A DNA stretch of 64,000 nt from a virus. Under the pieces are notes generated by a model. The model was given only the letters and a program-made list of their open reading frames with translations. It did no database searches and had not been told where the DNA came from. The translations under genes and the position numbers were made by a program. Below are positions 38,666-47,669 of this stretch, piece after piece (position 1 is the first letter of the stretch; each line of letters opens with the position of its first letter). The stretch covers positions 4,924 through 68,923 of the IMG/VR virus record IMGVR_UViG_3300032287_003765; one strand, 5' to 3'.

Positions 38666-39106
38666 ATGACAAAAATCACAGCTCTGGACCTCAGTCCATT
38701 TTATCGCAACTCAATTGGTGTAGATCGCTTGTTTGGTCGTATCATGGACCAGATTGATCACGCATCAAACACCAACTATCCACCCTACAACATCTTGAAG
38801 ACCGGCGAAGAGACCTTTGAAATACAGGTCGCTGTAGCAGGATTCAGCCAGGGTGAGATTGACGTGCAAGTCAAGGATGGCGAGTTGATCATCACTGGCG
38901 AAAAACAGCCTGAAGCCATGTTGGTAGGCACAGAATATCTACATCAAGGTATCAGTGCTCGTCGTTTCGTGCGCACATTTACCATGGCCGACTATGTGGA
39001 AGTTACCTCCGCAGAAGCCCGAGATGGTATCCTGACAGTACGATTGGAACGCCGCGTGCCCGAGGCCATGAAGCCAAAGACCATTGCGATCACCTATGCA
39101 AAATAG
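38666..39106 (+). CDS. small heat-shock protein (IbpA/Hsp20)
   Basis: NYPPYNI, AVAGF, YLHQGISARRF, DGIL, C-terminal IxI. Confidence 0.93.
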   Translation: MTKITALDLSPFYRNSIGVDRLFGRIMDQIDHASNTNYPPYNILKTGEETFEIQVAVAGFSQGEIDVQVKDGELIITGEKQPEAMLVGTEYLHQGISARRFVRTFTMADYVEVTSAEARDGILTVRLERRVPEAMKPKTIAITYAK

Positions 39107-39164
39107 TATAATGTAGTAAATACAGTGGAGGGCATGTTGCTCTCCACTACTACAAAGGATAGAC

Positions 39165-39473
39165 ATGTCGCAAGCAGGAACTATAAACAAAACTCAAATA
39201 AATCACAGTCTTGCCGAACCTCCGATGTTCAAGGTCATTTATCTCAATGACAACCAAACCAGCATGGAGTTCGTCATTGAAACCTTGATGCAGTTTTTTG
39301 ATTATACGTCACAGACCGCGGTTCAGATCACCACAGACATTCACACAGCCGGCAGTGCAGTGGTAGCAGTTTTGCCTTATGAAATAGCTGAACAAAAAGG
39401 CATTGAAGTCACAGTGCATGCCAGAAACAACAATTACCCTTTGCAGATCAAACTCGAACCCGAATCTGCTTGA
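39165..39473 (+). CDS. clpS: Clp protease adaptor ClpS
   Basis: PPMFKVIYLNDNQTSMEFV...IH..G...EIAEQK...YPL. Confidence 0.92.
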   Translation: MSQAGTINKTQINHSLAEPPMFKVIYLNDNQTSMEFVIETLMQFFDYTSQTAVQITTDIHTAGSAVVAVLPYEIAEQKGIEVTVHARNNNYPLQIKLEPESA

Positions 39474-40265
39474 TCAAAATTCTATTTCAATCCTTTTAGG
39501 ATAAAATGGATTTTGACTCCAAGGAGTCTGTCCGCGTCCTCGAGGATTCGTCACAAATCGGATGCCTGCCTGATTCTGTTCTACAGGCCTATGGTAATGA
39601 CCAAAACACCAAACTTTGATTTTGTTTTCGGTGTCTTCATCGATAGCTTTGAAAATAAAACTGTTGCCCAATCCATTGTATCGTAAATGACCTACCACGT
39701 CCAGGTCATGACTAACAATCCAAGGAGCAGGCACAGTGTGAGTGATCAAGACTATGGCTGCTACTTCTTTGTGAGTTTGTAATTTGCGCACACTGTTGAT
39801 CATGTAGTTGGCATCATTGTAGCCAACTCCACTGATATTGATTGCCACAGTGTTGGATACGCCAACGTGATCCTGAATAAATTGAACACATTGATCAAAA
39901 TCGATGTCTGGATCAAAATCATAGGTCCACCAAGAGTTAGTGGCCAGCAAGGCCACCCCGTTGATTATGACAACATTATCGTGCATGTAAACCACATTCT
40001 TGATGGCCTCTATATCTTTCACTAGATCTCTATAACTGGCTCCTAGATCATCAAGATAATCTTTGTGTTCTTCGTTGCCGTCCACATAAAAAACACCACC
40101 AGGATAACATTGACCAAGATGTGTCAATGTTTCTATCAAACGTCCACGATCACGAGCAACATCTCCGGCTACCACGCAGTAGGGACTGGTGGCCTGACCA
40201 CTCCAATCAAATGAATCCCAGGTTTCTACATGTAGATCAGAAATTAAATCAAAAGCAAAACGCAT
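39474..40265 (-). CDS. calcineurin-like metallophosphoesterase
   Basis: SDLH, AGD, GNEE, THTVP, FGHYH, NPRG. Confidence 0.85.
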   Translation of the reverse strand: MRFAFDLISDLHVETWDSFDWSGQATSPYCVVAGDVARDRGRLIETLTHLGQCYPGGVFYVDGNEEHKDYLDDLGASYRDLVKDIEAIKNVVYMHDNVVIINGVALLATNSWWTYDFDPDIDFDQCVQFIQDHVGVSNTVAINISGVGYNDANYMINSVRKLQTHKEVAAIVLITHTVPAPWIVSHDLDVVGHLRYNGLGNSFIFKAIDEDTENKIKVWCFGHYHRPVEQNQAGIRFVTNPRGRGQTPWSQNPFYPKRIEIEF

Positions 40266-40290
40266 GATAACTATTTACAGAGGAACCATC

Positions 40291-40647
40291 ATGCATATAA
40301 TATTTGACAACGAACAACTACCTGAATTGCAACAAAAATACACAGTTCTAGAATTGGATACTATGCGTATTGGCCCAGGCGGTGTGATCCGCAAGGCCTA
40401 TTGTGTTATTGAAAACATTCCTATAATGGAAATGGCGCAGGCTGAAAATTTCAAAGAATTACATGCCAATTTGATTAGCAACTATGGCAAACGCGACTGG
40501 AACTATTGTGAACAGGCTATAGAGCATCTCATGGGCAAATGGGGTGGAGAACTAGATACCTTTTACATAGCATTGAAAACCCGCATAGATCAGTTGCGTA
40601 CCCTGAATTTAGATGACAGCTGGAGTCCTATTATAGTCAGAGAATAA
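40291..40647 (+). CDS. hypothetical protein (118 aa)
   Basis: SD GAGGA before MHIIF. Confidence 0.7.
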   Translation: MHIIFDNEQLPELQQKYTVLELDTMRIGPGGVIRKAYCVIENIPIMEMAQAENFKELHANLISNYGKRDWNYCEQAIEHLMGKWGGELDTFYIALKTRIDQLRTLNLDDSWSPIIVRE

Positions 40648-40729
40648 TTGACATTTTGTATTAAATAATATTGATATTCCCACTTAGAGGAATACACGGA
40701 GAAGATTGGCAAAACCAATCCAGAAGAAA

Positions 40730-41245
40730 ATGACAAAAACTATTCAAAGCCTTGGCAGATGGGCCATCGTATCTGCCGTTTTAGCGGCCGCACCTGCTGT
40801 GGCAGACACCAGCAACATTGTAACAGATTCAACCACACGCAGTGAAACCACGGTCAAAAGCCCGCCACCTACAGCCATAGCACCGGCTGTGACCACCATC
40901 AACAATGATGTGTGTGCCGTGGCAGCAAGTGGTGCTGTGCAGACACAGATCCTGGGTATTTCGATGGGTGGTACCATGCGTGATATGAACTGCGAACGCA
41001 TCAAGTTGTCCAAGAACCTGTTTGACATGGGCATGAAGGTCGCGGCTGTGGCCACGCTGTGCCAGGACGATCGTATATTCACTGCCATGATTGCCGCAGG
41101 CACACCTTGTCCGGTAGATGGCAAGATTGGTGCCGAAGCACAGGCCGAATGGCAACGCCGTGGCGTGCTGGATGCGGTCAAGCGAGAAAATGTTGGCAAT
41201 TATGCGCCACAGGCAGATGCAGTCAAACCCATGAGCAGAAAATGA
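40730..41245 (+). CDS. exported Cys-containing late protein
   Basis: Signal peptide ending AVA; four Cys; TAAATA at 40662. Confidence 0.7.
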   Translation: MTKTIQSLGRWAIVSAVLAAAPAVADTSNIVTDSTTRSETTVKSPPPTAIAPAVTTINNDVCAVAASGAVQTQILGISMGGTMRDMNCERIKLSKNLFDMGMKVAAVATLCQDDRIFTAMIAAGTPCPVDGKIGAEAQAEWQRRGVLDAVKRENVGNYAPQADAVKPMSRK

Positions 41246-42741
41246 AATACTTGATCACGTGGTTGATGGCCATGAGCCTGACCGTCCAGGCACAGACACA
41301 GACCACACCCAACCTGATCAATCCCGCTGGCACTGCGTGGGGCATACCGGCCAGCCAAGTCTTGAACATTGATGGCATCGGTGCTGTAGAAGGAGCAGGT
41401 TATACCACCGGCTCGGCCTACTACAACTCGGAAACCAACACCATAAGATTTGGATATTTGCCCAGCACCGTGAGCCAGATCATAGCCATCAACACAGCCT
41501 TGCAAGGGTCAGGCATACAACTCAACGGCTTCAACTGGCGCTATGAATGGATGAATGGTGGATCCAGCAGTGGCAGTCTAGGCGTGGCCATCTTGCTGGG
41601 CGATCACGCTGGAAACGTATTAGAAAGCCAGACCATGAGTCATGCTCCGCAGGCCGAAGCAATGTGGAACTTGGAGCAAGGAACCAAAACCTTCACAAAT
41701 CCTTATACCCTGAACACTGCTGGTTATCTTGGCATGGCCTTCAGCGGACAGGATGACCGCTTCTGGATGGGCCTGTATGGTCCTCGAGTGCGAGATCCCA
41801 GGTTGAGCTTGAACTATAGCTTTGATCAGTGCGCGGCCAATCCACTAAGTTCGCCCACCTGTCCCAACTATGCCACGGCCTATTTCACGCAACAGTGTAC
41901 CATAAGTGCGCTTTACAATCCGGCCTGTCCGGGTTATGCCGCCGCCTACTTCACGCAACAATGTACAGCCAACGCCTTGTATAATCCAGCCTGTCCGGGC
42001 TATGCTGAAGCATACTTGGCCTATCAGTGCAACCTTGACGGACTCTACAGCCAAAGTTGTCCCAACTATAGTCAAGCCTATGCCAAGAAGAACATATTGA
42101 ACATACCAGGAACATCCACTACTACCACGACCACAAGCACTTCAACGCCGATCACCACGGTCAAAAGCGATGGCACAGTCAACACCGAAGTCAGTCGAAC
42201 CGGAGATAGTACTGTGGATGCGGCCATATCAACGCCCAGCAGCACCAGTACCACCAGCGTGACATCAGTGACATCTACAGTCAGTCCAGTGGCCCAAAGT
42301 TCTGGACCTGTGAGTGCCACAGCACCATCAGGAACGGCCTTGAGCCAGCCTGCACAAACACAGTCAGGCCCAGGTCAACAGGCACAAGAAACACGTAAAG
42401 GTGATGGTGAGACTAGATCATCCGCCGGTGGAGCAAACAACAATGCCACGGCCAAGGCCAATGTAGAAGCTCGTGCCAAGGAAGTGGCCAAATCAGCCAC
42501 AGAAGCCAGAACCTTTGAAGCACAGGTTGCCACGCAGAGCCTTGTGGTAGGACTCATGGGCTTTGTGCCTGGCTTTGATGTGTATGGCAGTGCTAGAATC
42601 ACGGATGTCAATGCTCAACAAATGGCACGCCTATACAATCGTCCCAACGTAGACAACCGTCAAGCCCTACGCCGACTCACCGGAGCCAGCGATAGACTAC
42701 ACACCGAAATGGTGGATCAACAATATCAAAGAGGAAAATAA
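41242..42741 (+). CDS. exported protein with 22-aa Cys repeats and a Ser/Thr linker
   Basis: Signal MKYLITWLMAMSLTVQA; four QC...L..P.CP.YA.AY repeats. Confidence 0.75.
   Translation: MKYLITWLMAMSLTVQAQTQTTPNLINPAGTAWGIPASQVLNIDGIGAVEGAGYTTGSAYYNSETNTIRFGYLPSTVSQIIAINTALQGSGIQLNGFNWRYEWMNGGSSSGSLGVAILLGDHAGNVLESQTMSHAPQAEAMWNLEQGTKTFTNPYTLNTAGYLGMAFSGQDDRFWMGLYGPRVRDPRLSLNYSFDQCAANPLSSPTCPNYATAYFTQQCTISALYNPACPGYAAAYFTQQCTANALYNPACPGYAEAYLAYQCNLDGLYSQSCPNYSQAYAKKNILNIPGTSTTTTTTSTSTPITTVKSDGTVNTEVSRTGDSTVDAAISTPSSTSTTSVTSVTSTVSPVAQSSGPVSATAPSGTALSQPAQTQSGPGQQAQETRKGDGETRSSAGGANNNATAKANVEARAKEVAKSATEARTFEAQVATQSLVVGLMGFVPGFDVYGSARITDVNAQQMARLYNRPNVDNRQALRRLTGASDRLHTEMVDQQYQRGK
41824..42083 (+). 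repeat. four imperfect 66-nt coding tandem repeats
   Basis: TTCACGCAACA.TGTAC...AATCC.GCCTGTCCGGG.TATGC recurs at 66-nt period. Confidence 0.75.
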
Positions 42742-42742
42742 A

Positions 42743-43219
42743 ATGTCAGAAGAAATTAAAGATGTCAACAAAAAAGTCGATGAGCTAGAGGCCGCCGCTA
42801 AACGATACATGAGCAAGGATACTGTGATCAGTATTGGTGGCTATGAATTCACACCGGCCAAGCTCATGGTTGCCGCTACCATCGTGAGTTCTACACTGGG
42901 TGGATTGTACGGTGCTTTTGAAGTTTACAAGGACTATCAAGGCATGAAGAAAAAGATTGCCGAGTATGTGACGCCTGACTTGAGCGAGCTCAACAAAAAG
43001 ATGGAACTGACCATGCAGAACTCTGAAAAGAGTGTGCAGTATACCCAGGACATCAAAAACGATCTCAAGCAAGACATACGCAGGCTTGAAAAGATTGTGG
43101 AACAAGTAGAACGTGATGGCAAGCAACTTAACCGCGAAGTGGATCAAGATCTACGGCAGATGCGAAAAGAAGTTGACAGCAAAATACAAAAAGCCATGGA
43201 TAATCCTCTCGCCAAATAA
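42743..43219 (+). CDS. single-TM coiled-coil protein
   Basis: TM LMVAATIVSSTLGGLYGAF, then a long heptad region. Confidence 0.75.
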   Translation: MSEEIKDVNKKVDELEAAAKRYMSKDTVISIGGYEFTPAKLMVAATIVSSTLGGLYGAFEVYKDYQGMKKKIAEYVTPDLSELNKKMELTMQNSEKSVQYTQDIKNDLKQDIRRLEKIVEQVERDGKQLNREVDQDLRQMRKEVDSKIQKAMDNPLAK

Positions 43220-43238
43220 GTAAGGGTAGGAGGATACT

Positions 43239-43415
43239 ATGAAAAATAAAACCATGCAAACACTTGTTGACTATATAGCCGAATTACATCGCAGAGATAA
43301 AACCTTGTTACATCCTGAGGAATACTTTCATGATGAGATAGACACCAACGGAGTCAAACAAGATCATGTGGAAACTTTTTGGCCGCTTGTGACCAATGAG
43401 CGCACCACAACCTAA
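43239..43415 (+). CDS. 58-aa hypothetical protein (not in ORF track)
   Basis: SD AGGAGG. Confidence 0.5.
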   Translation: MKNKTMQTLVDYIAELHRRDKTLLHPEEYFHDEIDTNGVKQDHVETFWPLVTNERTTT

Positions 43416-43560
43416 TTCTCCAGCACCATGGTGCTCATGGTCAGGTTGTACCAAATCTGCCCAAATCTACGAGAATAGAAACGTTAAAGGCAAAACTAGT
43501 TATCTAAAAACCTGTGGCAAGCATTGGTTAACAAAAGTTAGCTCAAAAGCTGACAAATAA
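43396..43560 (+). CDS. 54-aa putative Zn-finger protein (not in ORF track)
   Basis: CSWSGC...CGKH. Confidence 0.5.
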   Translation: MSAPQPNSPAPWCSWSGCTKSAQIYENRNVKGKTSYLKTCGKHWLTKVSSKADK

Positions 43561-43645
43561 TATGGGTGCAGATCTTTTATAAGACCAACCAGTAAATACT
43601 GGGTCGATATGAAAACTACAAGGAGTCGACCCAGTTACATATTCC

Positions 43646-43670
43646 AAAGCCTCTTAAGGGGCTTTTTTTT
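43646..43670 (+). terminator. intrinsic terminator
   Basis: AAAGCCTC-TTAA-GGGGCTTTTTTTT. Confidence 0.85.
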
Positions 43671-43699
43671 ATTTTTTTTCATTTCTTTGTGCAGAAAAT

Positions 43700-44050
43700 T
43701 CAATCGGCATGACGAGTAAGGAAGTTTACTCGCATGCGTGCTGGAGCAAAGTATTCTTGCACAACTTGTTTGGCTGTGTCTATGTTGTATTCTTTGCAAC
43801 TAAAAATATCAAAATATGCTGTGCCATCTAACTCCATAAAGTGTCCGACAATGTTTGAAGTGGTAATCAGCTGCATGAGGCTGTAGCCTTGTTTTGGATC
43901 GCCCGGCAGCAAGTATTCAATTATAGGCTCACCATGTGCAGTCATGTCAATCCTGGCCACTAGATCTTTGACAAAAGCATAGATGTTATCGCGGCTGTCT
44001 ATGCCCGAACATCCTGAACAATCTAACATTAAATGATATCCCCAATACAT
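43700..44050 (-). CDS. pyruvoyl-dependent S-adenosylmethionine decarboxylase family protein
   Basis: GYHLMLDC, GYSLMQLITTSNI (in place of ESH), DIFSCK. Confidence 0.8.
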   Translation of the reverse strand: MYWGYHLMLDCSGCSGIDSRDNIYAFVKDLVARIDMTAHGEPIIEYLLPGDPKQGYSLMQLITTSNIVGHFMELDGTAYFDIFSCKEYNIDTAKQVVQEYFAPARMRVNFLTRHAD

Positions 44051-44105
44051 AGAGTTTACTTAGTGAATTTGCTTGCAATATCTAATATTTTTTGCTATAT
44101 ATAGT

Positions 44106-44264
44106 ATGAGCCAATTCATACAAATCTTGTTATTGGTAACAGTGGTTTATCTTACTCTAATTTTGAGTATTAAAACCATGTTTGGTGACTACACCAACCT
44201 GTTTGCGATATTGACTGCCACGTTACTGACTTGCATGGTTGTTTTGACCCAGAGTTTTTTATGA
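44106..44264 (+). CDS. small 2-TM membrane protein
   Basis: Hydrophobic ORF; probable start MSQFIQ. Confidence 0.45.
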   Translation: MSQFIQILLLVTVVYLTLILSIKTMFGDYTNLFAILTATLLTCMVVLTQSFL

Positions 44265-44497
44265 TCTACTGGCAAACTTTTTGGCCCGAAATGTCGCGGA
44301 TCACAGGGTGTAATCTCTTACGGCAACCAATAGATAATTACGTAAATTGGTATTGTGATTGCATGGCTTATAGTTTTCTAAATCTTTGGTTCATTCCATA
44401 TCGCATACCAGGCCTGCACAGTGATGTGGATCGATTTGTAAGCCAATTTACCTTGAATGGCATCAAAGCCTCGAACATCTGCCGACCTAGTCGATAG
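44261..44497 (+). CDS. hypothetical protein
   Basis: ATGA overlap; MIYWQTFW start. Confidence 0.45.
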   Translation: MIYWQTFWPEMSRITGCNLLRQPIDNYVNWYCDCMAYSFLNLWFIPYRIPGLHSDVDRFVSQFTLNGIKASNICRPSR

Positions 44498-44900
44498 GTA
44501 TTCTCAATCTAAAGCCTACAACGTTGGCGCCAGTAGGCTCCACGCGAGGTGCAAACAAAGCACAGGCCCATGCATAACAGGCTTCAGGAAATGCCATAGG
44601 AATGACTGAAGCACGTCGATATCCAGTTACAGCACCCACCGCAATACCTAGATTCCACTGATCCTGTTTGTAGAAAGCATATCGTCCATAGGCATAGGTG
44701 CTGCCAAGGTATTCACTGTTTCGATACCATCCGCCAGCCACGGACCAGTGTTCTGATAATTCATGTTCAATGCCCAGTCCATAGTTGACACTGTTATATC
44801 CAGGCCTGTCGTGCCAGCTGGCTCCATTTATCTGCAGATAAGTTTCTGCCATACTGATCTGTGCCGACAACAGCAAACACAAGGCCATTAGGTATTTCAT
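44487..44900 (-). CDS. PagP-like outer-membrane beta-barrel
   Basis: Signal peptide; SWH, N..NYGLG, YRNS, alternating beta strands. Confidence 0.55.
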   Translation of the reverse strand: MKYLMALCLLLSAQISMAETYLQINGASWHDRPGYNSVNYGLGIEHELSEHWSVAGGWYRNSEYLGSTYAYGRYAFYKQDQWNLGIAVGAVTGYRRASVIPMAFPEACYAWACALFAPRVEPTGANVVGFRLRIPID

Positions 44901-46207
44901 GTCTGGACTCCATACTTTGTTTGTACCAAATTCATCAAGTAATCTAACTGACGTTGGGTGGGTCGTTCTGTGTCCTGGTTATTGTTCAAATAATTTTGTA
45001 TCGCCGGTAATTGTTGCAACATGCTCCAACGCTGGTGCCATTTTTCGCATGAGACCTCAGCAGTGAATTGGTCCATGGCCTGCTTGATATTTTGTTGTAG
45101 TTCGTCAATAATGGCGTCAAAAAAATCCTTACTGAAAAAATGCTTCTGATTCTCGGCGGCGATTTGTCGTGCCATGGTTATTTTCCGTTGTCTTGTGCTG
45201 GAATCCCAACCGGCAATTTCTTGACATAGTTCCACAACAGCTTCTAATCTTTGTGCAGGATCTTGTATGCTGTCATAGGTTTCATCCCACACTGAGTGAA
45301 AGGTCTGGAAGCCATAGCTTCGCAGGTATGACAAACTGCCTGCGGTAGCTGCCAATATAAACGGTTGTCTACAGGCCATAGGGCGCAATGATTTTTCTGT
45401 AAGATGCAATCGTGCATCATCAAACAAGGTTTCCAATACTATCTCGATTTCAGTGGACTTGTAATCCTGTGTGCAAAAATCAGCGCTGCAGTCACTGGAA
45501 GCATCATTGGGACCAAAATATGATTCAAGGTAATGAGTGGGCCGCCAACATTGATTTAAGAATTCAAAATCTCGATAATGACAACCAGTGCCTGGGTCTA
45601 CTGGGTTGAATTTTGTCAGGCATTGATCAAATAATTTTTTTTCAACCAAATGATCAACAAACTTGACACGATATTCTCTGGTTCCGCTCCAGGCTCGATT
45701 ATAGATCAAAAAAGTTTTTGCGGTTTGTTTTTCGAAGTTTTCATGTTGCGCATATCTGAACCAGTCTCGAGCTATAAGGGCATGACTCCAATAATACACA
45801 GGTATCAACTCGTTGTCAAGTTTATATTTTTCTACTTCCGCAGATCTCAATTCACTGTGTAACAAAAACGATTTGTCAAAAATATTATTGAACCGATTGA
45901 TACTTTTGGTTGGTCGATAAAGATCTAATTCCAATAGCAGTTTGTTCCAGGTGTCGTTGGGCAATGGTTTATTGCTGTTGGCGTGTGCTTCATAATCCAG
46001 TGGTTCTTGGTCATGACACCACATAATAGGATGTTGGAATCTCCAGACCCAGACGAAACCATCTTGGTCTTGCATGGACAACGGCACAAGGTCTTGTAGT
46101 TTTTTTGAACCATTTGGCCAAAATCGATAAATTACTACAGTCAGACCGCAGACTCTTTTGGACACGTCTTCAATAAAGTGGTAAAGTCTATCTAATGGAA
46201 TGTTCAT
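44897..46207 (-). CDS. putative glycosyltransferase-like protein (paralog family A)
   Basis: IVLETLF...HLTEKSLRP...QPFIL...YGFQTF..VWDETYDSIQD...R. Confidence 0.5.
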   Translation of the reverse strand: MNIPLDRLYHFIEDVSKRVCGLTVVIYRFWPNGSKKLQDLVPLSMQDQDGFVWVWRFQHPIMWCHDQEPLDYEAHANSNKPLPNDTWNKLLLELDLYRPTKSINRFNNIFDKSFLLHSELRSAEVEKYKLDNELIPVYYWSHALIARDWFRYAQHENFEKQTAKTFLIYNRAWSGTREYRVKFVDHLVEKKLFDQCLTKFNPVDPGTGCHYRDFEFLNQCWRPTHYLESYFGPNDASSDCSADFCTQDYKSTEIEIVLETLFDDARLHLTEKSLRPMACRQPFILAATAGSLSYLRSYGFQTFHSVWDETYDSIQDPAQRLEAVVELCQEIAGWDSSTRQRKITMARQIAAENQKHFFSKDFFDAIIDELQQNIKQAMDQFTAEVSCEKWHQRWSMLQQLPAIQNYLNNNQDTERPTQRQLDYLMNLVQTKYGVQT

Positions 46208-46233
46208 GGAAATGTATTTAAGGCAGACAATTT

Positions 46234-46749
46234 ATGACACACAAAATACAAAAATATCAACTATATCCATTTTGGAATGAAGAATTCAAAACTCTTGATT
46301 ATCAAAACGAAGAATTCAATGACCCAGCTCTCACACAGATTTGGCTCAAACAAGGTTACGCAAATCAATTCACGGGTGACCTCTGTGACATGCGACACAA
46401 TCAACCTAGTTGGAATCAAAGGTTCATAGAAATTTTCCAAGGGCAAGGATGGAAAGATGTAGGCACCAGTTACTATAGGATGAATACCGGTACAGTTCTG
46501 CCTACTCATGGTGATCTTTACAAAAAATACATAGAAATTTTCAAACTTCAAGGACAGGAACATAATATAAGACGTGCCATTGTTTTTCTTGAGGACTGGC
46601 AACCTGGACACTATGCTGAATATATGGGCCAGGCATACGTGAACTGGCGTGCCGGTGCTGTGGTAGAATGGGCCTACAGCACACCACACATGGCAGCCAA
46701 TCTGGGTTTCACACCAAGATATACCTTGCAAATAACCGGACATTTATGA
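46234..46749 (+). CDS. 2OG-Fe(II) oxygenase/cupin-like protein
   Basis: HGD...H, then RYTLQITG. Confidence 0.65.
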   Translation: MTHKIQKYQLYPFWNEEFKTLDYQNEEFNDPALTQIWLKQGYANQFTGDLCDMRHNQPSWNQRFIEIFQGQGWKDVGTSYYRMNTGTVLPTHGDLYKKYIEIFKLQGQEHNIRRAIVFLEDWQPGHYAEYMGQAYVNWRAGAVVEWAYSTPHMAANLGFTPRYTLQITGHL

Positions 46750-47669
46750 TTTACAGTTGCAATGAATGGGACCCGTTGCAGGCCATAATTGTAGGATCAG
46801 CAACCAATGCCAATTGGCCCAGCACGGACCCTGTGTATGCCCTGGAAGGTCAAAAAACCACTTGGACGCAGACCCCTGTGCCCCAAGGTCCAGTTCCACA
46901 GTTCGTAGTTGATCAGGCCAATAGAGAATTAGATACTCTCAGCGAAACCTTGGTTCGATTCGGCGTGACTGTGCATAGACCACGTGTCTTGGACTTTGTT
47001 GCTCAGCAAGGGATGTATAATTATTGTCCCCGCGATCGATTATTGATCTACAAAGATACCGTGATTGACGTGCCCATGATGTATCCGTGTCGAGATCAAG
47101 AAATACAAGCTCTAGACCGTGTGATTGATCAAGCCAGGTCAGTCGTTCACATGCCCAGAGATCAAGGCATGATTTTGGATGCCGCGAATATTTGCAGACT
47201 GGGCGATACATGGTTGTTTTTAGAATCGGCATCAGGCAATCGTGCAGCCTATGACTGGTTGGTAGAAAAATTTCCGGAAGTTCGCATAGAACTGTGTAAC
47301 TTCTATGCGGGTGTGCATATAGATTCTACCATAGTTCCTTTGCGTGAAGGACTGGTCATGCTCAATGCCAGCCGTGTGAACCCAGACAACTGTCCTAGGG
47401 CATTTGATTTTTGGGAAAAAATATGGGTCACCGACGAAATGATAGTGCCTCAAGATTTTTATCAATATCCTTATGCGTCAAAATGGATAGCCATGAACAT
47501 GTTGGCGGTAGATCCAGAAACTGTTATTTTGGATTCGGCACAAACTCAGCTAATTACTATATTACGCAATCGTGGCATTGACACAATCCCAATGACTTTA
47601 AGCCACAGCCGCACACTGGGAGGTGGATTTCATTGCGTGACCTTGGACATTCGGAGACAGCATGGCTGA
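46746..47669 (+). CDS. amidinotransferase (StrB1/glycine amidinotransferase family)
   Basis: NEWDPL...IVG, CPRD, LDAAN, HIDST, GGGFHCVT (catalytic Asp/His/Cys). Confidence 0.88.
   Translation: MIYSCNEWDPLQAIIVGSATNANWPSTDPVYALEGQKTTWTQTPVPQGPVPQFVVDQANRELDTLSETLVRFGVTVHRPRVLDFVAQQGMYNYCPRDRLLIYKDTVIDVPMMYPCRDQEIQALDRVIDQARSVVHMPRDQGMILDAANICRLGDTWLFLESASGNRAAYDWLVEKFPEVRIELCNFYAGVHIDSTIVPLREGLVMLNASRVNPDNCPRAFDFWEKIWVTDEMIVPQDFYQYPYASKWIAMNMLAVDPETVILDSAQTQLITILRNRGIDTIPMTLSHSRTLGGGFHCVTLDIRRQHG

Noticed and set aside
13516-39473. Host chromosomal contamination or prophage flank (iscUA, pstS, clpX, rpsU)
   Set aside because: These genes are interleaved with virion and T4-like replication genes, lack their usual operon partners (iscS, pstCAB, tig/lon), and several carry the phage late motif.
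41824-42083. 66-nt repeats as a CRISPR array
   Set aside because: They are degenerate, in-frame coding repeats without unique spacers.
43561-43700. SAM riboswitch linked to the speD-like gene
   Set aside because: The structure lies at the 3' end of the gene on the opposite strand, and the gene has almost no 5' leader.
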